Shown: positions 17,103 through 19,413 of the stretch, piece by piece
Layout: the number at the start of each line of letters is the position of its first letter
How positions within the stretch are numbered: the first letter of the stretch is position 1
Source of the DNA: Promethearchaeota archaeon
Lineage (GTDB): Archaea; Asgardarchaeota; Lokiarchaeia; Sigyniarchaeales; SOKP01
Assembly (NCBI GenBank): GCA_016930515.1
Contig: JAFGGO010000077.1
Span: 1 to 19,413 of the forward strand
Direction of reading: 5' to 3'
Length of the DNA stretch: 19,413 bases
Translations under genes and position numbers: made by a program
The notes under the pieces: generated by a model
The model's input: only the letters and a program-made list of their open reading frames with translations
Told to the model about the DNA's origin: nothing
The model's database searches: none

Positions 17103-18464
17103 TTATTTGAACATGTTGATCTGATGAACTGTTTCGTTAAATGAATTTATATATTTCAAGATGGCTAGATCTCCTTGAATATTTACTTCCATGTAACCTG
17201 AATCGTCTACATAAGAGTTAAAGTGATACCACCAAGACTTGCTAAAAGTACCTAATTCATTATAAACGATGCCTGATCTATCTACTATCTCAATTTGATG
17301 AGAATGACCTGAAAAAACTAAATCAACATCGTATTCCATAAATAAAGAATGGAATTTATCGAGCATTTCTTCGTCAAAATCCATGTGGGTCATTATAATG
17401 GTCCAATCCTCTTTTGGTACGGTTTTAATTTGTTCTTCGAACCATTTTTCTTGTTGAGGCGTATAATCAATAATGTCACATTCAATATCTAACATCAAGA
17501 AATGAATGTTGTTAATATCATATTTATACCAATATCTCGAACCAGTTTGAACAGGCATTCGATCCGGGTAAAAATAATCTAGATAATATTTAGCTCCTCC
17601 GAGAATAGAATCGTGATTTCCAATTAAAGGTCTAAAAGGAATCTTCGATGTACATGGATGAATAAGTTCTAATCCTGTTTTCCAACAGTCGTCCCAAAAA
17701 CCCACATCTACAAAGTCTCCTAACATGAAGAAAAGATCATTCTTTATAGGGGCATTAGAAATAAGGTCGAGTAATTTTTTTGGAGTATCGAGATTGCTCG
17801 AAAAAGGACCAAAATGAGAATCGCTTGCAATAGCAAATTTTAAAGTATCCTTTATTGCTTGAGGGGTTCTAAAACTAAAATTTTCACCTTGATTATTGAT
17901 CTGATACCAATATTCTGTCCCAGGTAAGAGCCCTGTTAAAAGAAACATGTGTGAATTTTGAGGCTGGTTTTCAGCTAAAATATGAGTTTCAGATCCAGTG
18001 CCCCAAAGAACTTGACTTCTTGATTTTTCTTGAGTCCAAAATACAATCGCCATATCTGGGACACCATTTACACCAGTACCATCACATAAAAGAAGTTGAG
18101 GCGGAGTATCTCCTGCAAAATGATCTAACGACATTGAAACCGTGCCAAAAAACCCTGCTGGAATTAATATGCTGAGAAAAAACATCACCCACACGATTCT
18201 TCTTGGTCTTCTAATAACTTTTTTTTTAGAAGAGATTACTAAATCAATTATAGCTATTATGGGACTAAGAATTTCAAGAACAATGAAACCAATAATTAAT
18301 ACTTTGAATATAAAGAAATATTGAAAGAAGCTTAAACTACCGTGGCTCACAAATAACCACAATAAGATACAGGTTACCATTATGGGTTCAAGAATCATGA
18401 AAAAAATCCAATAGATTTTCTTAATTGGACTCATTCCTGAAAAATATTTCTTTAATTTATTCAT
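17103..18464 (-). CDS. Membrane-anchored purple-acid-phosphatase-like metallophosphoesterase (3 TM + FN3 + calcineurin-like domain)
   Basis: Motifs SDSHFG, LGDFVD, GNHD, MTH and FSGHSH; FN3-like LTGLLPGTEYWYQI..FSFRT. The likely start is MNKLKK at 18464 (the ORF track extends to 18518). Confidence 0.88.
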   Translation of the reverse strand: MNKLKKYFSGMSPIKKIYWIFFMILEPIMVTCILLWLFVSHGSLSFFQYFFIFKVLIIGFIVLEILSPIIAIIDLVISSKKKVIRRPRRIVWVMFFLSILIPAGFFGTVSMSLDHFAGDTPPQLLLCDGTGVNGVPDMAIVFWTQEKSRSQVLWGTGSETHILAENQPQNSHMFLLTGLLPGTEYWYQINNQGENFSFRTPQAIKDTLKFAIASDSHFGPFSSNLDTPKKLLDLISNAPIKNDLFFMLGDFVDVGFWDDCWKTGLELIHPCTSKIPFRPLIGNHDSILGGAKYYLDYFYPDRMPVQTGSRYWYKYDINNIHFLMLDIECDIIDYTPQQEKWFEEQIKTVPKEDWTIIMTHMDFDEEMLDKFHSLFMEYDVDLVFSGHSHQIEIVDRSGIVYNELGTFSKSWWYHFNSYVDDSGYMEVNIQGDLAILKYINSFNETVHQINMFK

Positions 18465-18639
18465 GAAAATTTGGATTCTCAATAGATTTTGGATGATAAA
18501 ATTCAATATCCAATACAATTTAATTTTTTCTCAAAATATTTCTCTGAATAATCATTTGAATCCTTGGAAAAAATCTTAATTCATAATGAATGGGCTTATT
18601 ATATGAAAATTATAAATTATTCACATCGTTTTATAATTC

Positions 18640-19182
18640 ATGAACGATTTCAAGATCAGCAAGTTCATGTCCTACATCCTAAGACATGATCCAAAAGATA
18701 AACTAATAAGCAAGGAAGGATGGATGGACATCAAAGACCTTTTATCGCTTCTTAACGAAAGATTCTCTAATAAGATTAATTTGAGAGATCTGGAACGAAT
18801 CGTGCGCGAAAACAATAAAAAACGATTCAAGATAGAAGGTAATAAAATCAGAGCAAGTCAAGGGCATTCGAACAAGAGCATTGACCTCGGTCTCGTTTCA
18901 ATGAATCCACCAGAGATATTATATCACGGAACTAAAAAAAGTATCTTGGAGGCAATTAAATCAGAAGGTCTAAAAAAGATGGATCGTCATCACGTGCATC
19001 TCAGCGCAGACAAAAAAACGGCGGAAATCGTGGCAAAACGATGGAATCAAGAAATGTTAATTCTCACGATTGACGCAAAAGCGATGAACGAAGACGGGCA
19101 CGAATTCTATTTTAGTGATAACGGTGTCTGGCTAACTGATAATGTTCCCCCTCAATATATCAAGATATTACTAATTAAATAA
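18640..19182 (+). CDS. kptA: RNA 2'-phosphotransferase (Tpt1/KptA)
   Basis: SK.MSYILRH.P, KKRF, IRASQGHS, LYHGT, R.HVHLS and NGVWL..VPP motifs. Confidence 0.96.
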   Translation: MNDFKISKFMSYILRHDPKDKLISKEGWMDIKDLLSLLNERFSNKINLRDLERIVRENNKKRFKIEGNKIRASQGHSNKSIDLGLVSMNPPEILYHGTKKSILEAIKSEGLKKMDRHHVHLSADKKTAEIVAKRWNQEMLILTIDAKAMNEDGHEFYFSDNGVWLTDNVPPQYIKILLIK

Positions 19183-19413
19183 AAAAAGAATAACAAATAA
19201 GAAATTTATGAGTTTTTTATGTGTATCTTATCAATAGACCATCAGAATCATGATCAGCATCTACATCAGAACTTGCAGATGCTTCAACTTGAACGCGAAT
19301 TTCGTGAACACCCGCCGATAGGCCTTGTAAACCACTTGTATTGTTACCGGTGAAGAATTAGAATTGGATGATGAAAAAATGCGGTATAAAAACAAAAACC
19401 ACCTCCAGCAACA

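Noticed and set aside
17951-18324. Two short plus-strand ORFs
   Set aside because: Antisense to the metallophosphoesterase.

Overview
AT-rich chromosomal window that looks archaeal, probably Asgard/Lokiarchaeia. This assignment is inferred from protein-family style, TATA-like promoters, GGTGA ribosome-binding sites and oligo-T terminators. Contents in order: a >737-aa beta-helix/PKD surface protein running off the left edge (<1..2211, minus strand, missed by the ORF track); an alpha-oxoamine synthase (BioF/KBL/SPT family); a DUF4259 protein; a thiolase; an apparently orphan immunity-like cassette (Imm51-like gene plus two tandem DUF5713-like paralogues separated by a relic of the Imm51 3' end); a double zinc-ribbon membrane protein; a TPR protein; a giant (~2250 aa) membrane-anchored gingipain-like C25 protease; tRNA-Ala(GGC); a membrane-bound purple-acid-phosphatase-like metallophosphoesterase; and Tpt1/KptA. 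The protease carries seven cadherin-like repeats, a GATase-like domain, two Reelin-subrepeat-like domains and two FN3-like domains. The most interesting items are the modular protease-adhesin, the duplicated toxin-less immunity cassette, and an 18/19-nt promoter-proximal motif shared by these two loci. All family calls come from motif recognition, not database searches.
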